Shown in pieces: positions 1 to 9,072 of a DNA stretch of 64,000 nt. The stretch is from a virus (Duplodnaviria > Caudoviricetes): positions 596 through 64,595 of the IMG/VR virus record IMGVR_UViG_3300042691_027299; one strand, written 5' to 3'. The translations under genes were made by a program, and so were the position numbers. Numbering within the stretch: position 1 is the stretch's first letter; every line of letters begins with the position of its first letter. The notes under the pieces were generated by a model that did not search any database, was not told where the DNA came from, and was given only the letters and a program-made list of their open reading frames with translations.

Positions 1-197
1 ACGGAAGCACTCAGTAACCATTGGTGCGGCGAGTTCGCGTTCCAGGCAACTGTCTGGCAACAATCGCCTCTGGAAAATCAAACGGCCCACATTGCGGACG
101 CTGAAAGCCGGATCAAAGCCCTACAGGAAGAACGCAAGACGCTCAAAGCCCGCGTTGCTGCGCTCAACGCCAAACTCAAGAAAGCAAAGGCCAGCAC

Positions 198-677
198 ATG
201 ACCTGGACCGTCTTGTTGACCGCACCACAGCGCGAGTTTAAGGTTCGCAACGAGCTGACGTTTAACTTCGTGCCTGCCTACGTGCCCATCGAATATCGCG
301 ACAGCCAGCTAGAGCGCGCGAACAAGACGCCCGTTCCGTTGTTTCCGCGCTATGTGTTCGCGGTCATCACCGACTGGGGCATGCTGCGCAATGTCGACGG
401 CCTGCAATCGCGGCCCGTGTATCTAGTTGACGGCAAGCCGGCGATGTTGAGCCAGCGGGAGATCGATGCGGTCGAAGCGCTATCTCAGCCCATCGTGAAA
501 AACGAACGGACGACGCGCCGAATTGGCATAGGCGCGCGCATTCCCATCCGGCGCAATCACCACGCCGTTATTGAGGCCTTAGTTGCCCGGCTCGATGCTC
601 GCGGCCGCCCCGTTGCTGTGTTTGAAATGCTTGGCAAGACACATGAGGTAGTAGTTACGGAGGAAATGATAGACTAG
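198..677 (+). CDS. NusG-family (NGN domain) antitermination factor paralog
   Basis: W.VL.T.PQRE, PLFPRYVF and C-terminal FEMLGK motifs; homologous to 31684-32184; lies just before the late operon. Confidence 0.8.
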   Translation: MTWTVLLTAPQREFKVRNELTFNFVPAYVPIEYRDSQLERANKTPVPLFPRYVFAVITDWGMLRNVDGLQSRPVYLVDGKPAMLSQREIDAVEALSQPIVKNERTTRRIGIGARIPIRRNHHAVIEALVARLDARGRPVAVFEMLGKTHEVVVTEEMID

Positions 678-680
678 CTA

Positions 681-709
681 TTGATTCAGCCCGCAAATCA
701 CGTTAGACG
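681..709 (+). promoter_or_regulatory. Putative late promoter of element A
   Basis: TTGATT-N17-TAGACG with CCGCAAATCA in the spacer; aligns without gaps to 33851-33879. Confidence 0.6.
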
Positions 710-819
710 GGCACACATAGGACGACCGTCGCCCCTGCCGCGTACCATCACCCTCTAGCGCTTGTAATCCGGGCAGCCTCGACGACCCTGCGGACATAGA
801 TTTCCGCCCCCATCCAGAA

Positions 820-1020
820 ATGCGCCCGGACATGACGCCTCAAGCGGTCATCAGCCTTATCGCTGAATGGACCAAACGCATTGGCTTACTCGCTCTCGCC
901 ATTCTTGCCGCTCTGATGGCCGTTAAGGCCCTCGGGGCGCCGATTACTTGGCGAACCCCCAACCTTGACCAGAACGCCGGCATCGCCATGGCCGCGCTTG
1001 CTTACGTGTTGAGCCGATGA
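820..1020 (+). CDS. Small two-TM membrane protein
   Basis: Two hydrophobic helices; near-identical copy at 33995-34183. Confidence 0.75.
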   Translation: MRPDMTPQAVISLIAEWTKRIGLLALAILAALMAVKALGAPITWRTPNLDQNAGIAMAALAYVLSR

Positions 1021-1202
1021 GTGCCATTGACATCGACGACATCGATGAAACCGATCTCGACGACGTTGATTTGGTGTGCCTAGACCTTGCGGAAATCTTC
1101 ATCGCGTTCGGCATCTCATCAAGCCAAGCCCTCGAAGTCATTAAAGAACGTTACCCCGTCATACATATCCAACTGATGTCCGAGTCAGACACCCTCCACT
1201 GA
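1017..1202 (+). CDS. Small acidic hypothetical protein
   Basis: ATGA overlap with upstream gene; homolog at 34180-34347. Confidence 0.75.
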   Translation: MSAIDIDDIDETDLDDVDLVCLDLAEIFIAFGISSSQALEVIKERYPVIHIQLMSESDTLH

Positions 1203-1212
1203 CCGAGGCCCC

Positions 1213-2232
1213 ATGGACCAACTCGCCCCCTTCCGCAAATACTTCCGCTACGCCGCGATCTCATGCTCGATTGCCTCGGCTGTGATGACTGCGTGGTTTG
1301 GTTTTCAACAGAACCCGTATTTCATCCTCGCCGGCATGTGCGCGCTGTTCCTGGTCGCCTGCTCGCTGGCCTCCGATTACATTATGCTGTTTGTCGTTGA
1401 CGCCTGGCGCAGCAGCAACCGCCTCATGGCTGGCGTGGTCGCGCTCGGCGCTGCGTTCGTGTTCAGCCTCAACCTGCTAAGCAACCTCGGCGCCGTGGGC
1501 TGGCAACGGGATGTAACTGCCTCTGCCGCTAAGGTCCAGAACGTCCGGTACGACAACGCGCAGGATCAGGTTGCCGAGAGCCGCGCCTCGCTCGCCATGT
1601 TTGAAAAGCATAAAGCCGACCTGGAAGCGGCAAATGGCTGGTCTGCATCCGTGACCGCCGAAGCACTCCGCGCCCAGCTCGCCAGCGCCAATCTTGCCAT
1701 TGAGCAGGAAGCCGCCAAGGGTGGCTGCAAGGCACGATGCCTCGCCCGCACCAAAGAGCGCGACGACCTCGCCGCTCGCATTGCCATTGCCGAAAAGCGT
1801 GCGACCCTGACCGAACAGATCGAGGCCACCAAGCGCGTGATCGCTCAATATCGCGACAAGGCCGCCACCCATGACAAGGTGGTTGCCGCGCCCGTCAGTC
1901 AGGCCTCGTTTTTCGCGTCCATGGTCAAAATCGATCTGAGCCCATCCGAAGAGGCGACCACATGGACCGATCGCGGCCTCGCCACATGGCTGGCGCTTGG
2001 CCTGTGCATTGCGCCGATGCTGTTTTCATTGCTCGGCTGGCGCTCCGACGACCACACTCCCGAGATTGGGCGGGTTGCCGAAGATAAGGAGCAAGTGATC
2101 TCCCTCACTGCGGCTCCCCCGGTGCCCGCCCAACCCACACAGGGTAAGGACCGCACAATCATCTTTGCCGATGAAATCACCCGCCGTTGGGCAGAGCGCC
2201 CCGACGTACAGCAGTTGCTTAAGGCCGCGTGA
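1213..2232 (+). CDS. Membrane-anchored coiled-coil protein
   Basis: About 3 N-terminal TMs, coiled coil with GGCKARC, C-terminal TM; paralog at 34359-35441. Confidence 0.8.
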   Translation: MDQLAPFRKYFRYAAISCSIASAVMTAWFGFQQNPYFILAGMCALFLVACSLASDYIMLFVVDAWRSSNRLMAGVVALGAAFVFSLNLLSNLGAVGWQRDVTASAAKVQNVRYDNAQDQVAESRASLAMFEKHKADLEAANGWSASVTAEALRAQLASANLAIEQEAAKGGCKARCLARTKERDDLAARIAIAEKRATLTEQIEATKRVIAQYRDKAATHDKVVAAPVSQASFFASMVKIDLSPSEEATTWTDRGLATWLALGLCIAPMLFSLLGWRSDDHTPEIGRVAEDKEQVISLTAAPPVPAQPTQGKDRTIIFADEITRRWAERPDVQQLLKAA

Positions 2233-2296
2233 CTGTTGCACGTGAAACGCGGCTAAGCCGTTTGATTATTTGAAATAAAATCAAAGGAATTCAAAC

Positions 2297-2617
2297 GTGC
2301 GTGGTGGCAAGCGCAGCGGCGCGGGAAGAAAGAAGGGATCAGTCACTAAGGCGACAGTCTATCGCCAAGAGATGCTGGCCCGTGCCGCTGCTGATGGGCT
2401 CACGCCGCTCGAGTTCATGCTGAACGTGCTTCGCGACGAAGAGAAGCCGTTTGATGACAGGTTCGAAGCTGCCAAGGCCGCAGCACCTTATGTGCACCCG
2501 CGCCTTGCCGCAGTTGAGCACAGCGGAGACCAGGACAACCCGCTGTCCGTCATAGTTGCAAGTGGAGTCCCGTCTGAAGACGACGACGATCAACGGCCGA
2601 ACGCACCAAGTCATTGA
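2297..2617 (+). CDS. terS: Terminase small subunit
   Basis: RGGKRSGAGRKKGS N-terminus, TPLEFML and AAKAAAPYVHPRL motifs; directly upstream of terL. Confidence 0.8.
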   Translation: MRGGKRSGAGRKKGSVTKATVYRQEMLARAAADGLTPLEFMLNVLRDEEKPFDDRFEAAKAAAPYVHPRLAAVEHSGDQDNPLSVIVASGVPSEDDDDQRPNAPSH

Positions 2618-3944
2618 TCTCGGCTATCGGCCTCGCGAACAGTTCATAGACTTCCACAAGCGCCGCCAGCGTTGGGCGTGCCTCGTTGCTCATAGACGAG
2701 CCGGCAAGACCGTGGCGTGCGTCATGGACCTCGTGGACAAGGCGCTGAGGTGCAAGAAGCAGGATGGGCGCTTTGCCTACGTGGCGCCTCACTGGAACCA
2801 GGCCAAGGACGTGGCTTGGCTCTATATCAAGCGGTTCACCGCGCCCATTCCAGGCGTGAAGCTCAACGAAAGCGAACTCTACGTTGAGTTCGAACACAAC
2901 AAGGCCCGCGTTCGCCTCGCGGGTGCCGACAACTACGATCGGTTGCGCGGCGCATACCTCGACGGCGTGATCCTTGACGAATACGGGGATATGCACCCGG
3001 CGGCATGGCCTGAAGTCATCCGGCCCATGCTCGCAGACCGCAAGGGATGGGCCACGTTTATCGGCACCCCCAAAGGCCGCAACGATTTCCACGCGAAGTG
3101 GGAGGAAAGCAGGACGATAGACGGCTGGTTTAGCCTCATGCTCCAGGGCTCAACTAGCGGCCTGCTGGACGATGAAGAACTAATCGACATGCGCCGCACC
3201 ATGACGCCGGAGCAGTACGAGCAAGAGATAGAATGCAATTTCGACTCTGCCGTGTTGGGCGCCTACTTCGGCAAGGAAATTGTAGAAGCTGAGCGCGCCG
3301 GCCGGATTACAACTGTAGAGGTCGATCCGGCATTGCCTGTGCATTCGGCATGGGATCTCGGAATCGGCGACAGTACCGCCATCTGGTGCTTCCAGATTGC
3401 TCCCGATGGGGTCCGCGTTGTCGATTGCTACGAGAACAACGCGCAACCGTTGAGCCATTACGTCTCCGTCTTGCGTGAAAAGGGATACCGGGGCCGCCTG
3501 TTTGTGCCTCATGACGCTCGAGCCCGCGAGCTTGGCACCGGGCGCACCCGAGTTGAGACGCTGCAATTGTTGGGGACCGATCCGCACCTAGTCCCTGCGC
3601 ACACGATCATGGACGGCATCAACGGCGCGCGTGTGAGCTTCCCGCGCTTCTGGTTCGATGCTCTGCGTTGCAAACCCGGTATTGAGGCCTTGCGCCAGTA
3701 CCGCGCTGACTATGACGAGAAACTAAAGGTCTTCAAGAACACGCCCAAGCACGACTGGACCAGCCACTACGCCGACGCCTTCCGCTACATGGCCATGGCC
3801 TGGAAGGCAATGCAGCCGCCGCCAGTCGAGAAGTCCCGCAAGGACCAGCTCATTTACGAAGTCAAAGACGGCCGCTTGCAGGCCAACATGACGGTTCGGG
3901 AAATCATCGAATTGAAGAAGAGAAAGCGCCTCGCTGATGGTTGA
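2556..3944 (+). CDS. terL: Terminase large subunit
   Basis: Walker A HRRAGKT, Walker B GVILDEY, FIGTPKG, nuclease WDLG..D and HDWTSHYADAFRY; exact start uncertain. Confidence 0.95.
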   Translation: MQVESRLKTTTINGRTHQVIDLGYRPREQFIDFHKRRQRWACLVAHRRAGKTVACVMDLVDKALRCKKQDGRFAYVAPHWNQAKDVAWLYIKRFTAPIPGVKLNESELYVEFEHNKARVRLAGADNYDRLRGAYLDGVILDEYGDMHPAAWPEVIRPMLADRKGWATFIGTPKGRNDFHAKWEESRTIDGWFSLMLQGSTSGLLDDEELIDMRRTMTPEQYEQEIECNFDSAVLGAYFGKEIVEAERAGRITTVEVDPALPVHSAWDLGIGDSTAIWCFQIAPDGVRVVDCYENNAQPLSHYVSVLREKGYRGRLFVPHDARARELGTGRTRVETLQLLGTDPHLVPAHTIMDGINGARVSFPRFWFDALRCKPGIEALRQYRADYDEKLKVFKNTPKHDWTSHYADAFRYMAMAWKAMQPPPVEKSRKDQLIYEVKDGRLQANMTVREIIELKKRKRLADG

Positions 3945-6234
3945 CGCGACCGGCGGCCAACAGATTGACACGGACGTTAAAGCTCTTGCCCAAGGCATAG
4001 GGCCAACCGATCTGTGGCTTAAGAAGATCGCCAAGGCCAAACTTGACGAGAAACCTTGGCGCACCGAGGCGGCCAGGGCCATTGCCATTTATGAAGGCGA
4101 TGACGAGGCCATCAGCAAGGCCGGCGCCAAGCACATCAGCTTCAACATTTATCATTCGAACATCGAAACCATGGTGCCGGCGGTGTATAATTCATCGCCC
4201 ATCCCGGACATCCGCCGACGCTACGACGACGCGCAGCAGGCCGCCCCGCAGCCAGCCCCGCCGCCCCCAGCGATGGGAGGCCAGCCGCCACAGGTCCAAC
4301 CGCCTGCGATGCCCCCGCAGCAGCCGCAGATGGACATTCACAAGCTCGTGGTGGACGTGATCGAGCGGGCGCTGTCCTACAGCATTGACCAATACGACTT
4401 TGACGGGACAATGCGGTCAACCGTTCGCGGGGCGCTGGTCAGCGGTCGCGGTGTTCCGCGAGTGCGCTACGAGCCCACGGTTGAAGGCGACCAGAAGTCA
4501 TATGAGGAAGTGACCTGCGAGGTTGTGCCGTGGGATCGCTTCATCCGTGGCCCGGCCCGCTCATGGGAGAAGGTGCCGTGGGTCGCATTCGAGCATGACA
4601 TGACCCGTGAGGAGCTTGCGGAACTAGCCGGCCCGGAGAAGGCGGAAGACGCGAGGCTTGACGGCGAAAACACGGGCAAGAAGGGGGACGACGCGCAACC
4701 GGACGCCGGCATCTACAAGACCGTCAAGGTTTATGAGATCTGGGACAAGAAGACGGGCGCGGTCTTTTTCGTTGAGGACAAGAAAGACAGCCAGCCGCTC
4801 AAGCTTCAACCTGACCCGCTGCAGCTTCCGGGCTTTTTCCCGGTGCCGCGTCCTTTGCAGCCGGTTGTGCGCGAAACAAGCCTTACGCCAATCTGCCCCT
4901 ATACGATTTACGGGGCGCTGGTGGACGAGCTGGATCAGATCACCAAGCGCATTGCCAAGCTCGTTAAACAGCTTCGGGTGCGCGGCATCTATGACAGCGA
5001 GTTGAAGGCTGACATTGCGTCGCTTTCATCGGCTGAGGACGGCACATATTTGCCAGCCTCGGATGCCACCCGCTTTGCGCAGGGCGGCGGGCTCGAGAAG
5101 GCTCTGGCGCATTTCCCGATGGAGCCGACAGTGCTCGCCCTGCGCGAGCTGTATGTCCAGCGCGACCAGATTAAACAGACCATTTACGAAGTCACAGGCA
5201 TGGCCGACGTGGTGCGCGGCGCTTCGGACGCCTCCGAAACCGCCACGGCGCAGCAGATCAAGGCCAACTATGCCGGGCTGCGCATTCAGTCGCTGCAAAA
5301 GGAAGTAGCCCGCGTCGCGCGCGATCTGTTTCGCATGAAGGCAGATATTTTCTGCCGCCACTTCTCAGTTGAAAACCTGTCCATGATGACCGGTCTGCCG
5401 GCACACATGGCTGAACCTATCCTACGGTCGCCTGAAATGCGGGCTTACCGGATCGACATCGAAACCGACAGCACCGTTCGAGGCGATGTCACCCGCTCTC
5501 TTGAGCAGATCAATCAATTCATCGAAGGTACGGGCCAGTTTGTGCAATCGGTTGGCGCTTTGGTCCAGACTGTGCCGCCGCTGTTGCAGCCGATGATGGA
5601 CGTTTACGCAGCGTTTGCGCGCAAGTTTGACCTGGGCAAGCAAGCTGAGGACGCGCTTGATCGCATGCCGCAGCTTGTTCAACAGTTTGCCGCTCAACAG
5701 GCCGCAGCGCCGCCGCCCGAGCAAGCCAAAGCCGAAGCCGACGCCAAGGCGCGCGAAGCTGAAATGGGCATGAAGCAAGAAGCGGCGCGAATGGACATGG
5801 AGATGAAGGCGCAAGAGCGCGCCGCCGAACTCCAGCATAAGCAGCAAATGGCCGCGCTTGAGATGCAATCGCGTCAAGAGGCCCATGCCGCCGACATGCA
5901 GATGAAGCAAGAAGCCAACGCGCTGGCCATGCAGGAGCGGGAGCTTGCCGTGGGATCGAAGCGCGAGCTTGCCGACATCGATCGGCAGAAAGCAGCGCGC
6001 GAGGCCGGCATGGTGGAAGCACCGGATGGCTCGATCGTCGATCCGACCGTGACCGCCATTCAAGAAATGGCGCAGGCCGTGACGATGATGACCGCGACGG
6101 TCGCAGAACAGGTCGAGGTGAGTAAGGCGGTGCTTGCCACCGTGGCAGACGGGCAGGGGCGGCGCAAGCGCATGGCCGTTGTCCGTGACAAAGACGGCCG
6201 CATCGCTGGCCTTGATGACATCAGCATGAACTGA
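3937..6234 (+). CDS. Portal protein (long, P22-like podovirus type) with C-terminal coiled coil
   Basis: Follows terL; 765 aa; VYEIWDK and ETATAQQIK motifs; Q/A/M-rich tail. Confidence 0.85.
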   Translation: MVDATGGQQIDTDVKALAQGIGPTDLWLKKIAKAKLDEKPWRTEAARAIAIYEGDDEAISKAGAKHISFNIYHSNIETMVPAVYNSSPIPDIRRRYDDAQQAAPQPAPPPPAMGGQPPQVQPPAMPPQQPQMDIHKLVVDVIERALSYSIDQYDFDGTMRSTVRGALVSGRGVPRVRYEPTVEGDQKSYEEVTCEVVPWDRFIRGPARSWEKVPWVAFEHDMTREELAELAGPEKAEDARLDGENTGKKGDDAQPDAGIYKTVKVYEIWDKKTGAVFFVEDKKDSQPLKLQPDPLQLPGFFPVPRPLQPVVRETSLTPICPYTIYGALVDELDQITKRIAKLVKQLRVRGIYDSELKADIASLSSAEDGTYLPASDATRFAQGGGLEKALAHFPMEPTVLALRELYVQRDQIKQTIYEVTGMADVVRGASDASETATAQQIKANYAGLRIQSLQKEVARVARDLFRMKADIFCRHFSVENLSMMTGLPAHMAEPILRSPEMRAYRIDIETDSTVRGDVTRSLEQINQFIEGTGQFVQSVGALVQTVPPLLQPMMDVYAAFARKFDLGKQAEDALDRMPQLVQQFAAQQAAAPPPEQAKAEADAKAREAEMGMKQEAARMDMEMKAQERAAELQHKQQMAALEMQSRQEAHAADMQMKQEANALAMQERELAVGSKRELADIDRQKAAREAGMVEAPDGSIVDPTVTAIQEMAQAVTMMTATVAEQVEVSKAVLATVADGQGRRKRMAVVRDKDGRIAGLDDISMN

Positions 6235-6243
6235 GGGCGACTT

Positions 6244-6675
6244 ATGACAGCCATTTCCGACACAACCGAAAACGCTATTCTCAATCTGGTGTTCCGGGCC
6301 ACCGCTTGGGCCAACTACGCAGACAACGCGGCAACGTCGCCGGAAACGAATATCGTCGTTGCGCTTGCGACTGCTGATTACACCGACAGCGGCACGCTTT
6401 CGTCGAACGAGACGACTTATACGTCATACGCTCGCGTGAACGTCGCGCGATCGACCGGATGGAACGCGGCTTCTGGCGGGTCGACTTCGCCAGCAGCAAC
6501 AATTTCATTCCCGGCGGGGACCGGCGGATCTGGCACGGTCACACATTTCGCAACCGGCAAGAGCGGAGGCGGCGCAGCGGCGGTGCTTTGGTACGGAACT
6601 GTGAGTCCCAACATAGTCACTGGCAACGGGGTGACTCCGCAGCTCTCCACGGCCACGACCATCACCTTGGCTTGA
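6244..6675 (+). CDS. Putative virion appendage/fibre-associated protein
   Basis: Thr/Gly/Ser-rich beta protein; near-identical to 63007-63438. Confidence 0.7.
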   Translation: MTAISDTTENAILNLVFRATAWANYADNAATSPETNIVVALATADYTDSGTLSSNETTYTSYARVNVARSTGWNAASGGSTSPAATISFPAGTGGSGTVTHFATGKSGGGAAAVLWYGTVSPNIVTGNGVTPQLSTATTITLA

Positions 6676-6679
6676 CGAC

Positions 6680-7138
6680 ATGTCGATTGCAACCGCTGTT
6701 CGTCGCTGTCTCGTGGATCTCGATGTGCCGGGTATTCGCGCGCTGTGGGCGAAGATCTCGCCGCATCTGCCGCAACCCAAGTCTGATGCCGATACGCTGG
6801 CAGCACTTCACGCCGCGCGCACGGCCTCGGAAAGCGTGCCGCTGCGGATGCGGGCCTATTCGCATCGGTGGCTGACCGAGCGGCAATTGCCATCACAATT
6901 GCCTGACCGCTTGAAACCAAGCGCGGAGCAGATTTGCCCGCGCGTGGCCATGTCGGTTGGCATTGCGGTTGGCTCGCCCATCCCGGTCGTGCGCGATGGC
7001 ATTCGGGGTGCCATGGAGTACGCGGTTCATGACTGCTATGCCAATGGCGATACTGACCCGGCGATCGTCAAGCCGCAAATGATGGAAGCGCGCAGACGGG
7101 AACGCAAGGCGCTCGGCATCATCGAGCGAGGAGAATAA
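6680..7138 (+). CDS. Conserved phage hypothetical protein
   Basis: Near-identical to 63442-63900. Confidence 0.8.
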   Translation: MSIATAVRRCLVDLDVPGIRALWAKISPHLPQPKSDADTLAALHAARTASESVPLRMRAYSHRWLTERQLPSQLPDRLKPSAEQICPRVAMSVGIAVGSPIPVVRDGIRGAMEYAVHDCYANGDTDPAIVKPQMMEARRRERKALGIIERGE

Positions 7139-7588
7139 ATGCCGGCAAATACAGACCCCATTTATACCAGGACGCCAGACATCAGCATTGCAGGCTCGGT
7201 GGTTGGCTCAAGCGCCAACACCGCAACGGATGGAACGGGCGCCAACAGCTATCTCGTTTATACGGCGGACGCGACCAACGGCAGCTATGTGCGGTCGATT
7301 ATCTTCAAGCCGATTAGCACAATCGCAGCCACGGTGGCGCGGGTGTTCTGGTGCTCGAATACGGGCTCATTCACGCCCGGCACGACCAACACAGCGGCCA
7401 ACTCTACAATCCTCGCTGAAATCACCATTGCAGCTTGGACGGCGAGCAACACCACGGCCAGCCCGCAATATGAACTGCAAATCAACATGGGCATGCCGGC
7501 AAGCACCAAGCTATTCGTCACGTTCGGCACGTCCACGGGCGCCGGCACTACGGGATTTAATCCGTTGGTCATTGCAGGGAAATACTGA
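7139..7588 (+). CDS. Putative structural beta-rich protein
   Basis: In operon; homolog begins at 63901. Confidence 0.7.
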   Translation: MPANTDPIYTRTPDISIAGSVVGSSANTATDGTGANSYLVYTADATNGSYVRSIIFKPISTIAATVARVFWCSNTGSFTPGTTNTAANSTILAEITIAAWTASNTTASPQYELQINMGMPASTKLFVTFGTSTGAGTTGFNPLVIAGKY

Positions 7589-7803
7589 TGGCATGGGTCT
7601 TCTGGCGGATACGCTTCAACGGCGGCGACACGTTCGGCTATCAAGTCATGAACGAAAACCTTGAGCCTCGGACGCCGTGCGCGATTTTCAAAGACGACGG
7701 CACGCCAGATCCGAACTGCGGCGACTACACGACCATAGATTCCGGCACCGAGCCTCACGTGGGCGTGACGCCGCCAGCATGGGCGCCCGACCTCGATGCT
7801 TGA
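7588..7803 (+). CDS. Small hypothetical protein
   Basis: TGATG coupling to the upstream gene; overlaps the start of the next gene. Confidence 0.6.
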   Translation: MAWVFWRIRFNGGDTFGYQVMNENLEPRTPCAIFKDDGTPDPNCGDYTTIDSGTEPHVGVTPPAWAPDLDA

Positions 7804-8707
7804 CGGTTTTGGACTGCCGAAATCACAGCCGTTTTCGTGGGAGGTATTCTACCCACCGAACAGCGCCACCACTACGGAAGGTTGGCGCTCGTGGAAAAAG
7901 CCGCGCGGCGCAAGCATGGTTTATATTATGATGATTGCGGCTGGTGGCGGCGGTGGTGGTGGTGTGTCTGGCAACGGCACCACGGGCGCTGGTGGCGGTG
8001 GCTCGGGTGGCATGTCGCGCTGGTTTGGTCCTTCGTTTGCGTTGCCCGACATGCTGTTCGTGCGCGCAGGCAGCGGCGGCGCGGGTGGTGCGGCGGCAGG
8101 CGCAGGAACAACAGGCACGACAAGCTTTGTGTCCGTGCAACCAAACAATACGGGCGCTAACCTCATTATGTCGCAGGCCGGCGGCGGCGGCGGCGCGTCG
8201 GCGACCACGGCGGGAACGGCAGGCCCAATCGGAAGCTCCGGAAATTTTGCATGGGGCGCGTTAGGCTTGTGGGTTTCAATCCAAGGCCAAGCCGGTGCGG
8301 CGGGTGCAAACGCCAGCAACGGAACAGGAGTTAGCGTCACGTTTGGCGGCTCTGGCATAACTCTATGCGGCGGCGCGGGTGGCGGCAATGGAACGGGCTC
8401 GGGAGGCGCAGTAACGGGAGCCGGCTTGGTGCCGACAATTGCGGGCGCTACCACGACGAACCCCGGCAACCCCGGATTTCAGGCAAACCGACGAATTGAC
8501 TTTGCCGACGTGCGCGCCGGCTTTCCTCCGTTGCTCTTCACGGGCGGCGCGGGCGGCGGTGGCGCTGGTGCTGCGACGGCTGGCCGTGGCGGTGATGGGG
8601 CTTATGGATCGGGCGGCGGTGGCGGCGGCGGCACAAACAACGCGGCAGGCGTTGGTGGTGCTGGGGGCCGTGGTGGTGATGGCCTCATCATTATAGGGGC
8701 GTGGTAA
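7796..8707 (+). CDS. Glycine-rich domain protein (fibre/adhesin-like)
   Basis: W.KP.GA.MV...IAAGGGGG start, GGGG runs, GG.GGDGLIII end. Confidence 0.8.
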   Translation: MLDGFGLPKSQPFSWEVFYPPNSATTTEGWRSWKKPRGASMVYIMMIAAGGGGGGGVSGNGTTGAGGGGSGGMSRWFGPSFALPDMLFVRAGSGGAGGAAAGAGTTGTTSFVSVQPNNTGANLIMSQAGGGGGASATTAGTAGPIGSSGNFAWGALGLWVSIQGQAGAAGANASNGTGVSVTFGGSGITLCGGAGGGNGTGSGGAVTGAGLVPTIAGATTTNPGNPGFQANRRIDFADVRAGFPPLLFTGGAGGGGAGAATAGRGGDGAYGSGGGGGGGTNNAAGVGGAGGRGGDGLIIIGAW

Positions 8708-9072
8708 TGTCTTGGGGATTTTACGATCGCGTCAAGGACACGTCGACAACCACCGGAACGGGCACTGTAACCGTAAGCGGCACTGCGCCCACGGGTTATC
8801 AGACGTTCTCGGCTGTGTATGCGGTCGGGGATCGCGTTCCCTACGTGATCGAGCATCAATCGGCAAACGAATGGGAAACCGGACGCGGCACGTATACGGC
8901 GGCTAACCAGATCGAGCGCACGGAAGTCTGGTCTAGTACGAACTCCAACAACGCAGTGAACTTTTCGGCGGGCACCAAAAACGTTTTCGTGGACGCGATC
9001 TCGTTCTTCCTGAACGACGTGGACACGCACGGAATGAGCTTGGCCCGTTCTAACTTCCAGGCGCTGCCCTAA
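8707..9072 (+). CDS. Fibre-associated protein (DRVK.TSTTTGTG family)
   Basis: DRVKDTSTTTGTG, WETGRGTY and VNFSAGTKNVF motifs. Confidence 0.7.
   Translation: MSWGFYDRVKDTSTTTGTGTVTVSGTAPTGYQTFSAVYAVGDRVPYVIEHQSANEWETGRGTYTAANQIERTEVWSSTNSNNAVNFSAGTKNVFVDAISFFLNDVDTHGMSLARSNFQALP

Noticed and set aside
4230-4330. Pro/Gln-rich insertion in portal A as an intein or mobile insert
   Set aside because: Short low-complexity loop without splicing motifs.
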